This document shows, piece by piece, positions 37,575-50,820 of a stretch of DNA of 64,000 nucleotides (position 1 is the stretch's first letter; each line of letters opens with the position of its first letter). The notes under the pieces were generated by a model. It did not search any database. It worked only from the letters and a program-made list of their open reading frames with translations, and was not told where the DNA came from. A program made the position numbers and the translations under genes. This DNA comes from Octopus bimaculoides (lineage: Eukaryota), in contig NC_068983.1 in NCBI RefSeq assembly GCF_001194135.2, positions 75,522,673 to 75,586,672 on the forward strand, in the 5' to 3' direction.

Positions 37575-40500
37575 TTATACATGACAGGCTTCTATCAGTT
37601 TCTATGAAATCTACTCAGAAGGCTTTGGTTGGCCTGGGGCTATTGTAGAAACCACTTATCCAAGGTGCTATGCATTGGGTCTGAATTCAGAACAATGTGG
37701 TTGGGAAACAAACTTCTAACCACATAGCCATGTCTGTGGTGAAAGCTACAGACCATGATCCTGTGCTTGCTACTGAGGAGGAATGTGAAATCTGAAACAT
37801 TGGTACTGCTGTTGGCCATTCATCTTAAATAACAACATTTATATGCAGCAAGTTCACTTCTAGTATAATTTAAGGGAAGAATTTTATCCATTGCTCAATA
37901 TAACACTGCTACTTAAAGTCAACTCTCACCCAATCCATACCCTTCCTCAAAAATTTCAAGGCCTTGTGTTTTTTTCCATGCTGGTATGGATTGGGTGAGA
38001 TTTGTTGTTGTGGCAGCATTTTATGGTTGGATGGATGCTCTTCCTAATGCTGCCTCTTGCTTGTTTTGCAAGAAATGTATTTTAGTTCACGGTTTCACAT
38101 GAAATAACCAAGCTGCTGGCATTTTATGTTGGACAGGAATATCATCACTACAAGCTTAAGAGTGTTAATGCAAAGACACATGAGCACAAACACACACATA
38201 TGTACACACACACGAACACACACACAAACATACACATAGATATACACACACACACACGTGTGCATATATATGCACACGTATATATAATAGGCTTCATGTA
38301 GTTTCCAGCTACCAATTTTCACTCACGAAAATTGGTCAATCCATCATTATCATCATAATCATCATAATTTAACCTCCACTTTCCATGCTGGCATGGGTTG
38401 GACGGTTTGACACTGAGCTGGCTAGCAGGGAGCCGTCCAGACACCAGCTGTCTGTTGAGGCATGGTTTTTATGGCTGGATGCCCTTCCTAATGGCCAACC
38501 ACTTAACAGGGTATGCTGGGTGCTTTTTATATGCCACAGACATGGGTATGTTTATGCAGCACTGGCATGGGTGCATTAATGTAGCATCAGCACAAATGCT
38601 TTTTAAGAGGCACTGGCACCTGAAAATACAAGCCTGTATATGTGGAAGATAACGATTTTACTTAGCTTGACAGAAAAAAAGGCATTTACCCAAGGTACCA
38701 TGCAGTAAGATTGAGCTCATAATCACAAGATTGGGAAGTAAAATTTCTAACCACACAGCCAAGTCTATCCCAGTCCCACACCTATGTAATGGGTGTTTGC
38801 CATGTCTACGTAAGAAACTCCTTCTAAACTTGATGAAGTAAAAGGGTGTGCACCAGAAATGATAAAGGCATGAGTGATATCAGCTGTTTTATTCAGTGAG
38901 AAGTTAATACCTTAGAGAAAGATATAAATAAGGAGTAGTATTGGGGCTGACATAGGGATGCTTTAAGGTCAGTAGGGTGAGGACCGCTCATCACAAAGAT
39001 TGGTTTAAAACTAGGTTAATTAGAGAGTAAAGAGAATAGTCCAAAGCTTATTTCCACCTTATGCCACCATGTAGGATCATATGACAAAAGATCTTGTTTT
39101 GTAAGAATGTTCAGATGTTGTTATTGTTGTTGTTGGTGGAGGTGCATGTTGGTTGTGGTGTTTGAAATGAGGTTGTTGGTTGCCATGGTGATAGTAGTAA
39201 AGATGATGTTGTTGTGGTTGTTCTTTAGTTCCTGGTAAGCACTGGCTGAAAAAATCTCTGAGTATTCCTTCCAACTCTGTACATAACCATCATTTATCTT
39301 CAGGCATTGTGTATCTAGGAGTACATTTTATAGTATGCCCTTTCCTTTTATGAAACTGTGGTAGATGTGTGATTGGAGGAAGGTTTGGCTGTTATTTCTA
39401 AGTTTGACAGCAGGAAAGACTCCTGTTGTGATGGGTGTGTTGTTGTTGGTGGTGCAAGTAGTTGTGGCGGTGTTGGTGTTGATGGTGTTGCTGGTGGTCA
39501 TGTTGGTGTGGTCAGGAGGATAGTGGAGGAGGAGCAAGAAGAGGAAGAAGGAAGAAGAGGAGTAGGAGGAGGAAGAGAAGAAGAAAGAAAAGGAGGAGGT
39601 AGAAGAAAGAAGAAGAAAGAAAAAGAATAAGAAAAGAAGAAGAAGGAAGGAGAAAGATGAGGATGAGAAGAAAAAGAAAAAGGAGGAGGAGGAAGAGGAG
39701 GAGGAGGAAAAGAAGAAGAAAGGGAAGAAGAAGGATGAGGTGGAGGAGGAGAAAAAGGAGAGGGAGAAGGAAGAGAGGAGACAAACGAAGAAGAAGAAGA
39801 AGAAGAAGAAGAAGAAAAGCACAATTAAAAAATGGAACACCAATAAAGAATTATAAAAGAAAAAGAGAATGAAACAAGAGAAAAAATGGAAAAGACAAAG
39901 AGGAACAAAAGGAATTACAATAGAAATAAAGGAAGGAAAATATGAAATGAAAAAGCTGTTGACAATAGGAAGGGGTTTGGTTGCTTATATTGACCCCAGT
40001 ACTTGACCGGTTCTCATTTTATCAGTGCTGGAAATAGAATAAAGAAACTCAAACCCATTGCTGCAATAATAATAATAATAATAATTGTTTTGTAAATTAG
40101 GCACAAGGTGTGGTTGTGTGGTAAGAAGTCTGTTTCCCAACCACATGATTTTGGGTTCAATCCCACAGAAACATAAAAGGCTAATTCAACCTGGGTATGA
40201 TTTGAACTCAGAATATAGAGGGCTTTAACAAAATATCACTTGGCATTTTGTCTAATGCTCTGACATATTTTCCTCTGCTGTGGTTTCGAACATAGCAATA
40301 GAATTTCACATTTATTTTGTAGAAAGGCACAGTCTAAGAAATTCATACTATTTTTTTTTTAATTAGTACTCATTTTAGTAACATTTACAATTTTAAAAAA
40401 GCAAAGTGGATTCAGTGATATTTGAACTCAAAATGGAAAGAGATGTAGCTAAATACTTGAAGGTATTTTGTCCATTACACTTTTAATTCTCCTAATTACC

Positions 40501-41279
40501 ATTATTTCAATTGCTCCATTGGGATCTTTTCTGTTTGGATGCCCTTGTGGAAATTGTAAAGTTTGTTCCTCCTTTACAGTAGTACACCTGTTTCTGTCCT
40601 CATTTCCCTCTCTCTCTCTCTCTCTGGCCAGGTAACCATGTACCTCCCCTATAACAAGGCACCTGTTTCTGACTCTTTGTCTCACTATAACCTTTCATCA
40701 TCTGATATAAGATCCCCTCCTCCAATGTCCCTTCCCTGTCAAAGAATCTTTGTCTTGCAAGTTACTTGGTGACCCTGCCAATGCTGGTGCCACTTAAAAA
40801 GCATCCAGTCGACATTGTAAAGTGGCTGGAATTTGGAAGGGCATCCAACTGTAAAAACCATGTCAAACTGACCTCACCTGAGCCACTTAAAAAGCATTCA
40901 GCCCACTCTGTTGGGTAGTTGGTGTTAGGATGGGCATCCAGCCATAAAAAAAACATACTAAAATAGACACAGAAGTCTGGTGTAGGCTCCTGCCTCACCA
41001 GCTCCTGACAAACCAACCAACCCATATCAGGATGGCAGGCAGATGTTAAATGATGATGATGATGATGTTGAGTGAAAATTTTGAAATTTGGTGTATTGAT
41101 GTAATTTTTCATGCTGAATCACAGGGGCTAATTAATTCACTTCTCCCAGAATTTTTTTTTAAAAAAGTTGCAGAGGTTTAAAGTTTGGTCCTTTTTTTCT
41201 CATTCAGAAAACAGGATTTGGAAGCTGACATTTTATGCATGACTGCATGTGTTGTCAACTGTAAACAAATGAAATATTG

Positions 41280-41620
41280 ATGGAATTCTGCTTTGCACTT
41301 GTCATATAACCTCTCATAACATTTATATTTTGGGGAATTTTCAGAAGATTTTTGCAGATGATATTATACACATTGCAGAAACGTCAGTTCACCTGCCGAC
41401 CATAATGATAAAGCAGGACACACAGAGTATAACAACAGTAGGTTTCAAAATAGACCACATGAAAACAAAATATATGCTGTTTGTAAACATGACACAAGGC
41501 TGAACAGTAGTGGGATGTAATGAAGTTGAGGATATGAAGAACGCCCTCAAGATGCTGAACCTTTTAGGCAAGATGATAAAGAATCGAGATGCTTGGTGCT
41601 CTGCTGTACTTAAGAAGACC
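41280..41620 (+). mobile_element. Old LINE RT fragment from a different RTE-like family
   Basis: The + frame reads IFADDIIHIAET..VGFKIDHMKTKYM (YADD-like motif and downstream KTK). Confidence 0.65.
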
Positions 41621-41882
41621 CATACTCTGCAGCAGAAGTGTTAAGACCAGACCCTTTGGTGGTGTAAAGGACTTGTGGTTGCGCCATGTAAAGCACCTGT
41701 ACAGTGCCATGTAAGAGTGCCTGTGTGGTGTCATGCAAAAGTGCCCATATGACACCATGTAAAAGTGCTTGTGTGACGTAAAAGCACTCATATAGTGCCA
41801 AGTAAAAGCACCCAGCACACTCTGTAAAGTGGTTGGTGTTAGAAAGGGCATCCAGCCATAGAAACCATGCTGCATGGACAAC

Positions 41883-41939
<57 letters not shown>

Positions 41940-42487
41940 NNNNNNNNNNNNNNNNNNNNNNNNNNNNNNNNNNNNNNNNNNNNNNNNNNNNNNNNNNNNN
42001 NNNNNNNNNNNNNNNNNNNNNNNNNNNNNNNNNNNNNNNNNNNNNNNNNNNNNNNNNNNNNNNNNNNNNNNNNNNNNNNNNNNNNNNNNNNNNNNNNNNN
42101 NNNNNNNNNNNNNNNNNNNNNNNNNNNNNNNNNNNNNNNNNNNNNNNNNNNNNNNNNNNNNNNNNNNNNNNNNNNNNNNNNNNNNNNNNNNNNNNNNNNN
42201 NNNNNNNNNNNNNNNNNNNNNNNNNNNNNNNNNNNNNNNNNNNNNNNNNNNNNNNNNNNNNNNNNNNNNNNNNNNNNNNNNNNNNNNNNNNNNNNNNNNN
42301 NNNNNNNNNNNNNNNNNNNNNNNNNNNNNNNNNNNNNNNNNNNNNNNNNNNNNNNNNNNNNNNNNNNNNNNNNNNNNNNNNNNNNNNNNNNNNNNNNNNN
42401 NNNNNNNNNNNNNNNNNNNNNNNNNNNNNNNNNNNNNNNNNNNNNNNNNNNNNNNNNNNNNNNNNNNNNNNNNNNTGATGATGATGG

Positions 42488-42549
<62 letters not shown>

Positions 42550-43901
42550 GTGATGGTGATGATGATGGTGATGATGATGATGAAATCTTGTGCAGATTAA
42601 GAACAGGGTGGAATATATTAGCCTTGATGACAGATGTGTGCAAAGCACAGCTGGATAAGACCTTGTATGCCAATCTCTTAAATAACTCCATCCCACTTGT
42701 GCTCTTACATGCACAAATGAAATGTGGGTTACTATGATGATGGAAGTACAGCCCCTGGCTACAACACAGAGGGATTACTGCTAGGAATATCATTGTCGGA
42801 GTACATCCAGTATATCCAAAACAAGGTAATTTGAGAATGGAGTGGAGTGAACGGGCAGATAAATATGGTAGCAGACATCTAAATATTTCTTAAAGGCAAA
42901 GAATTCTTAATATTTTCCTTACTGAATAATTTTTTTTCAGTCGTTCTAAGAGTTTGAGGGTTCTTCCTTGTGTGTATATGTGGGTGTATGTAGTATTTGT
43001 GTGTGTTTATATGTGTGTTTGCATGTATGGGTGTAAATGTGAGTGCATGGGCATGGATATATGTAAGTATGGATAGATGAAAATGTATGCTAGCATATGT
43101 GTGAGTGTAAACATGTATATTTGTGTGTATATGTTTATGTGTAGGTATGTGAGTGTAAATGTGTATGTATGTGTGTGTGTATGTGTATATATATAAACAA
43201 TTATTAACTTCCCAATCTCCATTTTCTTTTTCTTNNNNNNNNNNNNNNNNNNNNNNNNNNNNNNNNNNNNNNNNNNNNNNNNNNNNNNNNNNNNNNNNNN
43301 NNNNNNNNNNNNNNNNNNNNNNNNNNNNNNNNNNNNNNNNNNNNNNNNNNNNNNNNNNNNNNNNNNNNNNNNNNNNNNNNNNNNNNNNNNNNNNNNNNNN
43401 NNNNNNNNNNNNNNNNNNNNNNNNNNNNNNNNNNNNNNNNNNNNNNNNNNNNNNNNNNNNNNNNNNNNNNNNNNNNNNNNNNNNNNNNNNNNNNNNNNNN
43501 NNNNNNNNNNNNNNNNNNNNNNNNNNNNNNNNNNNNNNNNNNNNNNNNNNNNNNNNNNNNNNNNNNNNNNNNNNNNNNNNNNNNNNNNNNNNNNNNNNNN
43601 NNNNNNNNNNNNNNNNNNNNNNNNNNNNNNNNNNNNNNNNNNNNNNNNNNNNNNNNNNNNNNNNNNNNNNNNNNNNNNNNNNNNNNNNNNNNNNNNNNNN
43701 NNNNNNNNNNNNNNNNNNNNNNNNNNNNNNNNNNNNNNNNNNNNNNNNNNNNNNNNNNNNNNNNNNNNNNNNNNNNNNNNNNNNNNNNNNNNNNNNNNNN
43801 NNNNNNNNNNNNNNNNNNNNNNNNNNNNNNNNNNNNNNNNNNNNNNNNNNNNNNNNNNNNNNNNNNNNNNNNNNNNNNNNNNNNNNNNNNNNTGAGTATA
43901 T

Positions 43902-43942
<41 letters not shown>

Positions 43943-44645
43943 AATGTGGGTGTATTTTGCAGCTTTGGTGTTTAAGAATCCATCAACAAACAGAAAAAAA
44001 ATACAGCGCTAAATGAAAAAGGAGCTGGGAAGGAGTATGTAAAAGAGAAAAAAAAAAGAGGGTAAAAAGAGGAGAAAGGTGGGGTCAGAGAAGAGAAGAG
44101 GAAAAAAGAGAGGGAAAGAGAGAGAGGGGAAAAAAGCAAGAGTGAAAAAGAGAAAGAAGGAGGAAATAGTTGAGGAATTGGCCATTTATAAATGCAGCTA
44201 CATTTCCTTACTTTTTCAGTCTTATCTTTAGAATAAGTAAACAATTCCAAATTGTCTTTATATAGGCTGAATTATAAATACATACGTACACAACCCTCCA
44301 ACCACATTTAGTCAGTCACTTGTACACATATACAGACATAGCTATACTTTCCCCAAAACATACATGTGTACATGCAAACATACATATGTACATGCCTCCT
44401 GCATACACACACACATACATACATACAAACATACATATATACATACATATACATATATATATATATAGAGAGAGAGAGAGAAAGAGAGAGAGAGACATAC
44501 ACACACACACACACGCACACATATATATAGACATGTATTTATTACTTAGACACACATGCATACAAACATACACATGTATTACTTTTTATGTATTAAATAT
44601 ACATATATATACATATATATATATAATACATATATGTATTATATA

Positions 44646-44713
<68 letters not shown>

Positions 44714-45227
44714 TACCGCAATCATCATCATCATCATCATGTTTAACTGTCCAACCCATGCCAGCATGGGTTAGATGGTTTGACGAGAGCCAGCCAGGCA
44801 GGAACCTGCATCAGACTTCTGTGTCTGTTTTGACAGAATTTTTAGGTCTGGATGCCTGTCCTAACACCAATCACCCAGCAGAGTGGACTGAGTGTTTTTC
44901 ACATGGCACAAGCACAGGCAAGGTTAGTTTTTGGCAAAGTTTTTATAGCTGGATGCTCCTCCAAATGCCAACCACTTTACAGTGTGGTCTGGATGCCTTT
45001 TAGGCATGAAAGTAATCTTAGAAGTAGGAGAAAGTAGCCAGTAAGCTGTTACAGAGAAGCAGAACAAAATAATAGCATACAGAGTTTCTCTGTAACAGCT
45101 AACTGGCCACTTTTTCCTATCTATAAGGATATTTTACCCGATCCTCTAAGCTGTTTTCACACCTGTCCTCCTGCATCCAAGATTTCCTTAATTTCTAAAG
45201 TACCAAATCACTCAATGGCTTGTTGTC

Positions 45228-45229
<2 letters not shown>

Positions 45230-45263
<34 letters not shown>

Positions 45264-45780
45264 CTTAATGTCCGCTTTCCATGCTAGCATGAGTTGGTCG
45301 ATTTGACTGAGGACTGGCGAACCAGATGGCTGCACCAGGCTCCAATCTGATCTGGCAGAGTTTCTACAGCTGGATGCCCTTCCTAACACCAACCACTCCG
45401 AGAGTGTAGTGGGTGCCAGTCAAGCAGTACTGGCAACGGCCACACTCAAATGGTGTTTTTTACATGCCACCTGCACAGGAGCCAGTCCAACGGCACTGGC
45501 AATGACCTCGCTTGAATGTTTTTTCACGTACCACCGGCACAAGTGTCAGTAAGGCGACGCTGGTAACAATCACGCTCAATTGGTGCTTTTTACGTACCAC
45601 TGGCATGGAAGCCAGACAGTTGCTCTAGCAATGATCATGCTCGGATGGTGCTGTTAGCACTCCACTGGCACGGGTGCCAGTCATCGAATTTGATTCGATT
45701 TTGATTTCACTTGCCTCAACAGGTCTTCGCAAGCAGAGTTTAATGTCTAATGAAGGAAAGGTATGCATAAGTGGTCTATA
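45230..45780 (-). mobile_element. RTE LINE 3' UTR copy with the longest hairpin-unit array
   Basis: (CAT)n followed by ttaatgtccgctttccatgctagcatg and 4-5 units of about 65 bp. Confidence 0.85.
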
Positions 45781-46059
45781 GTATGCATACTGAAGGTTAT
45801 AGTGAGACAGATACAGGTGTCTTGCTGTAGAGGAAGTACAGGCTTACCAGGCCGGAGAGAGAAAGATCAGGAATGAAGACAGAAACAGATGTTCTACTGC
45901 AAAGAAAATACATGGTTGCCCAACCTAAGGGAAGTGCAGGAGAAGCAGAGAGAAAGAGAGAGTGGGAGACTGCAGGATGGAGATGGTGGCAAAATGCTGG
46001 TCATACTAACAAGGAATGGGGATCAGAGTATAGATGAGATGGTTGAGTAAAGGAATATA

Positions 46060-46270
46060 TATAATTAACTGCACATGGACCGTTGGCAATTTTTCCTCCT
46101 CCTTCCCTCTATCCTTTTGGACTTTCCTGTTTTTCCTGATTCTGACGAAGAGCTATGCTCAAAACAAAACAACAACTCTCTTCTTCCTCCGAACATCATA
46201 TTAACACATTGCTTGTGCTACATTTTCACGTTTGTTTTCTCTTTTTCTTTTTTCTCTGTGTTTTTGAATT
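46060..46270 (+). mobile_element. Possible Penelope-like fragment with a decayed hammerhead motif
   Basis: CTGACGA A GAGC tat GCTC AAAAC at 46142-46165 in pyrimidine-rich context. Confidence 0.35.
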
Positions 46271-46434
46271 GACTATATCATCATCGTCATCATCGTTTAA
46301 CGTCCGCTTTCCATGCTAGCATGGGTTGGACGATTTGACTGAGGACTGGTGAACCAGATGGCTACACTGGCTCCAATCAGATTTGGCAGAGTTTCTACAG
46401 CTGGATGCCCTTCCTAATGCCAACCACTCTGAGA

Positions 46435-46474
<40 letters not shown>

Positions 46475-46632
46475 NNNNNNNNNNNNNNNNNNNNNNNNNN
46501 NNNNNNNNNNNNNNNNNNNNNNNNNNNNNNNNNNNNNNNNNNNNNNNNNNNNNNNNNNNNNNNNNNNNNNNNNNNNNNNNNNNNNNNNNNNNNNNNNNNN
46601 NNNNNNNNNNNNNNNNNNNNNNNNNNNNNNNN

Positions 46633-46679
<47 letters not shown>

Positions 46680-48027
46680 GCATGTATGTTTGTATATATG
46701 TATACATACATAATAGTGAGGTTTTTGGAAAGTAATTATGTATTTCACAGCTATAAATTAGAAGACAATCGACCAATTCATGACAATGCATATAAGGTGA
46801 CAAGCAATGTCTGGATCTAATTTGTTAGTTTATTTGATAATATGTCATTTATTGTGTAAAGTGTGACTCTTTAAAAAATTAAAACATATTCACATTTGCT
46901 TATTGCATGAAATTTGAAAGTGTACTAATGCTGTATAAACAATAAAAAACATTATGGAGCATAAACCGGAAGCAGTTCAACTTTGTTTATGCTAGCTGAA
47001 GCTTTAACATTTTTAAAATGACAATTATTATTTTTGTAACATGCCTTCTGAAAGACAAACTCCATTAGGTTCACCAAATCTTTTTAAGTGTATTTGGTTG
47101 ATAAAAATTGAAAGATGCCTGATGTATATAGACTGGATTACCTATGTTCATTCCACTTCAGGACAAAGGCCTCAGTATGTCTTCTCCACCAACCACTGTC
47201 TGATGTACAGGCCATGAATTTGAGCTTGAGGTCATACTGGTTTGATGAGTCTACTCTGTCACACTAGCTTGACATGGCTTGGCTGAGGAGTGCAATTTTT
47301 CTTTATACCAGGAGTAAAGTTGATTACGACTCCAGTACTCAAATGGTACTATTTTATTGATGAAAGGCAAAGTTGGCCTCGATGGAATTTGAACTCAGAA
47401 CGTAAAGATGGCTGAAATACCACTTAGCATTCTGTCAGCTCACCACCTGTCATGTATATATACATGGCTGATATGCACCTGTACCCATACATATATACAC
47501 CCTAACAAACACATTCACACCAATGAGCTGATGCCATCAGCTCTCACCTACATGCCAACTTACACATATGTAAGCACCCCCACCCAAGCATAACATACAC
47601 ATGCATAGGCATCAGACACTCACGTCTACACACTCATAGCTGGTATACATACACACATACGCCCTTGCTGGTCTTGTATTTGATGTTCCACACATCGCTT
47701 TAAAGTCTGGCTAGACAGCCATGTGCCACCAGCTTCCTGACCAGCCATGCAGTCCAAGTAATTCTATTTAATGCATTTGGTTGCTGGAATGTCGATCTCA
47801 CCTCTAATAACACCATGTGACCTGCCTTGCCTTATAGCAAACCAGTTCCTGGTAGTCATCTTGGACTCCTTGCAACTCTCCATTCAGCTAACTGAACCCA
47901 ATGAGAAGCCTACGAAATTTTAAGACACTGAGCTGAATCAAAGTGTTTCAAATAATGATATATTTAACTCTTACTAAATGTGTTCAGTGTCTCTTTCTTT
48001 CATTTGTTCACTCATATATAAAAATAT

Positions 48028-48062
<35 letters not shown>

Positions 48063-48110
48063 TATCATCATCATCATCATCATTACCACCACAACCACCA
48101 CCATCACTAC

Positions 48111-48145
<35 letters not shown>

Positions 48146-48146
<1 letters not shown>

Positions 48147-48344
48147 AAGAAAAAAAAGTTTAGAATGGTACAACAATGCACTATAAAACAAAAAATGGAC
48201 TATATACCTGTTGTAATTTGGTTATCTATAGTCCGATGATATTTCAGAATTACAATTCCTTCTTCAGATCTTCTTAGCTGGAGTCTATAGTCCATTTTTT
48301 GTTTTATAGTGCATTGTTGTACCATTCTAAACTTTTTATTCTTT
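48146..48344. mobile_element. Fold-back element with arms of about 59 bp, probably an inverted Penelope-like pseudo-LTR
   Basis: Arms 48146-48204 and 48286-48344 are near-perfect reverse complements; spacer carries CTGAAGA-stem-GAAA on the minus strand. Confidence 0.6.
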
Positions 48345-48409
48345 ACAAACAATACACAATGCTTCAAGCGAACTACAATACTCTCCTATATATATAAATA
48401 TAATTGAGT

Positions 48410-48820
48410 TTGCCAGTGCCCCTGGACTGGCTCTTGTGCGGGTGGCACATAAAATACACCATTTTGAGCGTGGCGGTTGCCAGTACCGCCTGACTGCCCT
48501 TCGTAGGATTTTCTGGCGAGATCGTTGCCAGTGCCCCTGGACTGGCTCCTGTGCGGGTGGCACATAAAATACACCATTTTGAGCGTGGCTGTTGCCAGTA
48601 CCGCCAGACTGGCCTTCGTGCAGGTGACACATAAAAGCACCCACTAGACTCTTGGAGTGGTTGGCGTTAGGAAGGGCATCCAGCTGTAGAAACTCTGCCA
48701 AATCAGACTGGAGGCTGGTGTTGCCATCCGGTTTCACCAGTCCTCAGTCAAATTGTCCAACCCATGCTAGCATGGAAAGCGGACATTAAACGATGATGAT
48801 GATGATGATGATGATGATGA
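48410..48820 (+). mobile_element. RTE LINE 3' UTR copy with duplicated array units
   Basis: Array a-b-a-b, then gagtggttggcgttaggaagggcatccagctgtag..aaacgatgatg. Confidence 0.85.
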
Positions 48821-49254
48821 GATTCAGTTGAATTAGGTACTTAAGTTGAAGCACAAAGCCAGTCCGGTATTATTTGCACAGCTCGAAGTAAGGTGAATAA
48901 AATCAAAATAAGCAACAGGATATCAAGAAATGATGAAGTATGACCATTTTGAGTGGCTCCATTTAATTGAACAATGTAATCATTACATCAATTTAAATGC
49001 AGAGCTATTATCAGCTGCACAAATAAATAGAATTTTAACCAGTTGGACACATTAATACAATTTTTCTCAAATACTTTAACAGAGCAAGAAGATGGAAGAA
49101 ATTCATGTTGTCGCTATTGTAGCTAAGAATAGACTACACTTCCAAGAATGGCACGAAACCCACTGGGGTCATAGCTTGTAAAGGACTGTGGTTTGTTTCT
49201 AATTTATTTGTCTTTTTATCAACTACTAAATCTAAGACTAGAGGACTGTGTCTG

Positions 49255-50600
49255 TTTAGAATAAAGAGCAAGAGTGAGTCGACAGCTCATGAGTTCCTCA
49301 GCTGTCACAGTCCATGTTTCACTGCCATATAGCATAGCTGTATGCACACAGGCATCATAAATCTGTGTTTTTCTCTGAGAGAGAGGCCCTTTGTTGCCAG
49401 CAGAGGTAGGAACTCTCAGATCTTTGCCCAGTCTAATCTTATTCTCACAGCTACACTCTTGGAGCATCCATCTCCACTACTAACTCCATCACCTAGATAA
49501 CAGAAGCTATCTACTACCTCTTGTAGCTTGCTCCCCTGGCAGTTGATGGAGTTTATTTTCTGCACATTTTCAGTGTTTATTGTACCTGTGCATCTTCCAC
49601 ATAAAAAGCTATTTTCCCTGTTAGCCTTCCCCTGATATTGCTGTACCTTTTAAGCATCCAAAGTTTACAGTGGGTACAACTTATGGAATTTCTACCTATG
49701 CCTTTTCTACAAATTGAGCAGGGCCATCTACCTGAAGGGATTTGTGATTTGTCTACCTTAGGTTAACTCTAAGGCCATTTGATTCTAGAGCCTGCTTCCA
49801 CCTGGAACTTCTTCTCTAGTTCTGGTAGTGATTCAGCTATAAGAGCAAGGTCATCAGCATAGAGGAGCTCCCAGGTGTAGCCTGTCTAAAATTCCTCTGT
49901 TATTGCCTGGAGGACTATGATGAACAAGAGGGGGTTGAGCACTGATCCTTGGTGAACCCCTACTTGTACCCCGAATTCTTTGCTGTACTCGTTGTCCACT
50001 CTCACCTTACTGGTAGCGTCCTTGTACATAGCTTGTACAACTCTTACTAACCACTCATCTATCCCTAATTTCTACATTGATCACTAGATAAGGGATCAGG
50101 GGACCCTGTCAAAGGCTTTCTCCAAGTCAACAAAAGCCATGTACAGTGGTTTATCTTTGGCTAGGTATTTCTCCTGCAGTTGTCTTACCGGAAATATAGC
50201 ACAAAACCAAACTGCCTCTCATCGAGACTAACTCTCTCCCTAATTAGTTGGGCTATAACCCTCTCTGTAACTTTCATCACCTGACCCAACAATTTGATAC
50301 CTCTGTAAATATTTCTATCTAAGGCATCACCTTTACCTTTGTAACAGTTAACTATGGTGCTGCTGCACCAGTCATTGGGTATGAATCTGTCATGAACCAC
50401 CTGATTTACAATACAGGTGACTAGACCATAACCCGCACCGCCAGATATTTTAAGCATCTCAGTCGTGATTCTTGATGGGCCAGGGGTTTTCCCTGTCTTC
50501 ATATCCTTGATTGCTTTATCTACCAGCGTACTGTCAATTCGGGTAGATGGTCCCTCATTTAGGTCAACATTTAGCAGATTCTCTTCTTATTCATTCTCCA
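49255..50600 (-). mobile_element. RTE-clade LINE ORF2 remnant (RT N-terminal half), disrupted
   Basis: KTGKTPGPSRIT..KGKGDALDRNIYRGIKLL..QFGF, then VDLEKAFDRV and the GVHQGS region, and LYGSETW. Confidence 0.92.
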
Positions 50601-50610
50601 TGTATATATA

Positions 50611-50820
50611 CGAGGTCTGATCAATAAGTATCTGGACTGTTACCATAGTAATGAAGCTAAAGTATGCAGAGTGAAGCTGCTTGGCACAGACTGACCTTGA
50701 ATTCTGCTGTGCATGCGTACTAAGTTTTAACATTCTAGCTCACTTCCACTGTAAACAGCAGTGCTTGGAAGGAAGGTGTGTAGCATGTGATCATTGCATT
50801 GATCATGATAGAGAAAGTTG
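50611..50820 (+). mobile_element. Mariner-like left end, truncated just after the presumptive transposase start
   Basis: TA|CGAGGTCTGATCAATAAGTATCTGGAC resembles mariner ITRs; ends atgatagagaaagttg (MIEKV), like mariner N-termini. Confidence 0.65.

Larger units (their letters stand above)
1065..46632. other. Assembly gaps: 1065-1348, 3892-3955, 8309-8662, 23340-24079, 30697-31232, 31994-32362, 34221-34623, 36149-36952, 41940-42475, 43235-43892, 46475-46632
   Basis: N runs, nearly all bordered by microsatellites. Confidence 0.99.

Noticed and set aside
39077-39872. His/Gln-rich ORF 39077..39274 and neighbouring charged ORFs
   Set aside because: Low-complexity CAA/GAA sequence open in more than one frame; no donor site linking it to the gene.
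48410-48650. CRISPR-like repeat/spacer appearance of the hairpin arrays
   Set aside because: Eukaryotic context with no cas genes; the linkers are homologous to each other and the arrays are part of a LINE 3' UTR.
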